Shown here: piece after piece, positions 63,101-64,000 of the stretch
How the letters are laid out: each line of letters starts with the position of its first letter
Position numbering within the stretch: the stretch's first letter is position 1
Source of the DNA: Nemertoderma westbladi
Taxonomy: Eukaryota; Animalia; Xenacoelomorpha
Reading direction: 5' to 3'
Length of the DNA stretch: 64,000 bases
Assembly (NCBI GenBank): GCA_032718475.1
Contig: JAUCBJ010001166.1
Span: 1 to 64,000, forward strand
Notes under the pieces: model-generated
Database searches by the model: none
What the model saw: the letters and a program-made list of their open reading frames with translations, nothing else
Told to the model about the DNA's origin: nothing
Made by a program: the position numbers and the translations under genes

Positions 63101-64000
63101 TCTCCGCAGCATCGACTCAGGTTCAGCAGTGCTAGTTGTTCTCTTGGATTTATCTGCAGCGTTCGACACGGTTGAACATGAGAAACTCTTAGAAATTCTT
63201 AAGTCTGATATAGGGATAACTGGAAATGCACTTAAATGGTTCAAATCATATTTGTCTGATCGTAAACAGCAAGTTCGTGTTGGTAGTCATTATTCTACAT
63301 ACAGAGACCTAAAGTATGGATTGCCACAAGGTTCTGTGCTCGGGCCGCTACTATTTACAATTTATACACGCTCTTTATCTGCTGTAATAAAAAAGCATGG
63401 TTTATCATACCATCTGTATGCTGATGATACTCAAATATATATCAGTTTCAAATCTGTAAATATTGATTCAGCAGTTCAGGTGACTGAGGATTGCCTAAAT
63501 GATATTCAGAAATGGATGTACACATATATGCTCAAGATGAACTCCGAGAAAACCGAAGTGCTGCTACTGCAGTCACGATTTGGCACATCAGTTGACAACC
63601 CACAAATACGTATTGGTAACGACGTGGTGGGCTGCAGCACCGATGCCCGCAATATCGGCTTTACTATGGATCATTATATGACGTTCAGTAAACAAATATC
63701 TCTAACTGTTCGCAGTGCGTTTTTCCACATCCGAAATCTATCAAAAATACAGCGGTGTTTAGCAAAACATGACCTTGAAACGCTAATCCACGCATTTATC
63801 ACCAGCTCTTTAGACAATAACAATTCGTTATATTATGGATTGCCAGACAAATATATAAACAAACTACAATATGTCCAGAACTCTGCGGCGCGCCTACTAA
63901 CAGGCACAAAGAAACGAGAACATATTAAACCTGTGCTCAAATATCTCCACTGGTTGCCTGTATTGCGACGCATTGACTTTAAGATTGTACTTATAGTATA
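60102..64000 (+). CDS. LINE ORF2 (repeat leader + APE endonuclease + reverse transcriptase), 3' end outside window; first ATG at 60180
   Basis: Same frame as ORF1. LNAQSVNNK, AITESWL, RGGGVA, VGDFNFH, GHTLDLV, SDHYA (APE). NFRPVSNL, QSAYR, LDLSAAFDTV, PQGSVLGP, YADDTQIY (63417) and LHWLPV..RIDFKI (L2 signature). Absent from the ORF track, consistent with no stop before the window end. Confidence 0.93.
60237..61166 (+). repeat. Coding minisatellite: about 31 x 30 bp encoding VNPLVSVSAP
   Basis: Unit GTTAACCCGCTGGTCTCTGTGTCTGCTCCA; exact 30-bp register with no indels; in the ORF2 frame. Confidence 0.97.

Larger units (their letters stand above)
59030..64000 (+). mobile_element. Apparently intact L2-clade LINE (runs off window end)
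   Basis: ORF1 + ORF2 with APE and RT and no visible disruptions; 5' boundary approximate. Confidence 0.93.

Overview
AT-rich animal (invertebrate-like) nuclear DNA dominated by transposable-element remnants and tandem arrays; no prokaryotic features, rRNA or CRISPR. One host gene can be built from the sequence: a spliced, minus-strand, 125-aa neuropeptide precursor (CDS 16595-16415 + 16135-15939). It has a signal peptide, a 39-aa pyroGlu/amidated peptide ending NANRLLFDQV-G-KR that resembles the CRH/urocortin/DH44/ELH family, and a C-terminal peptide. A candidate non-coding first exon and CRE/CCAAT promoter lie about 12 kb upstream (28.8-29.2 kb). The right end of the window holds an apparently intact L2-clade LINE. 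Its ORF1 and ORF2 are in the same frame, separated by one TGA in a TGA-CTA context, and ORF2 starts with about 31 indel-free copies of a 10-aa repeat (VNPLVSVSAP). The remainder is RTE, RTEX-like, CRE-like and Penelope retroelement fragments; hAT, piggyBac and Kolobok-like DNA transposons; MITEs (one enclosing a tRNA-like core); four non-coding tandem arrays (29, 30, 47 and 16 bp units); and a 651-bp tandem duplication. All family assignments come from motif recognition by eye, not from database searches.
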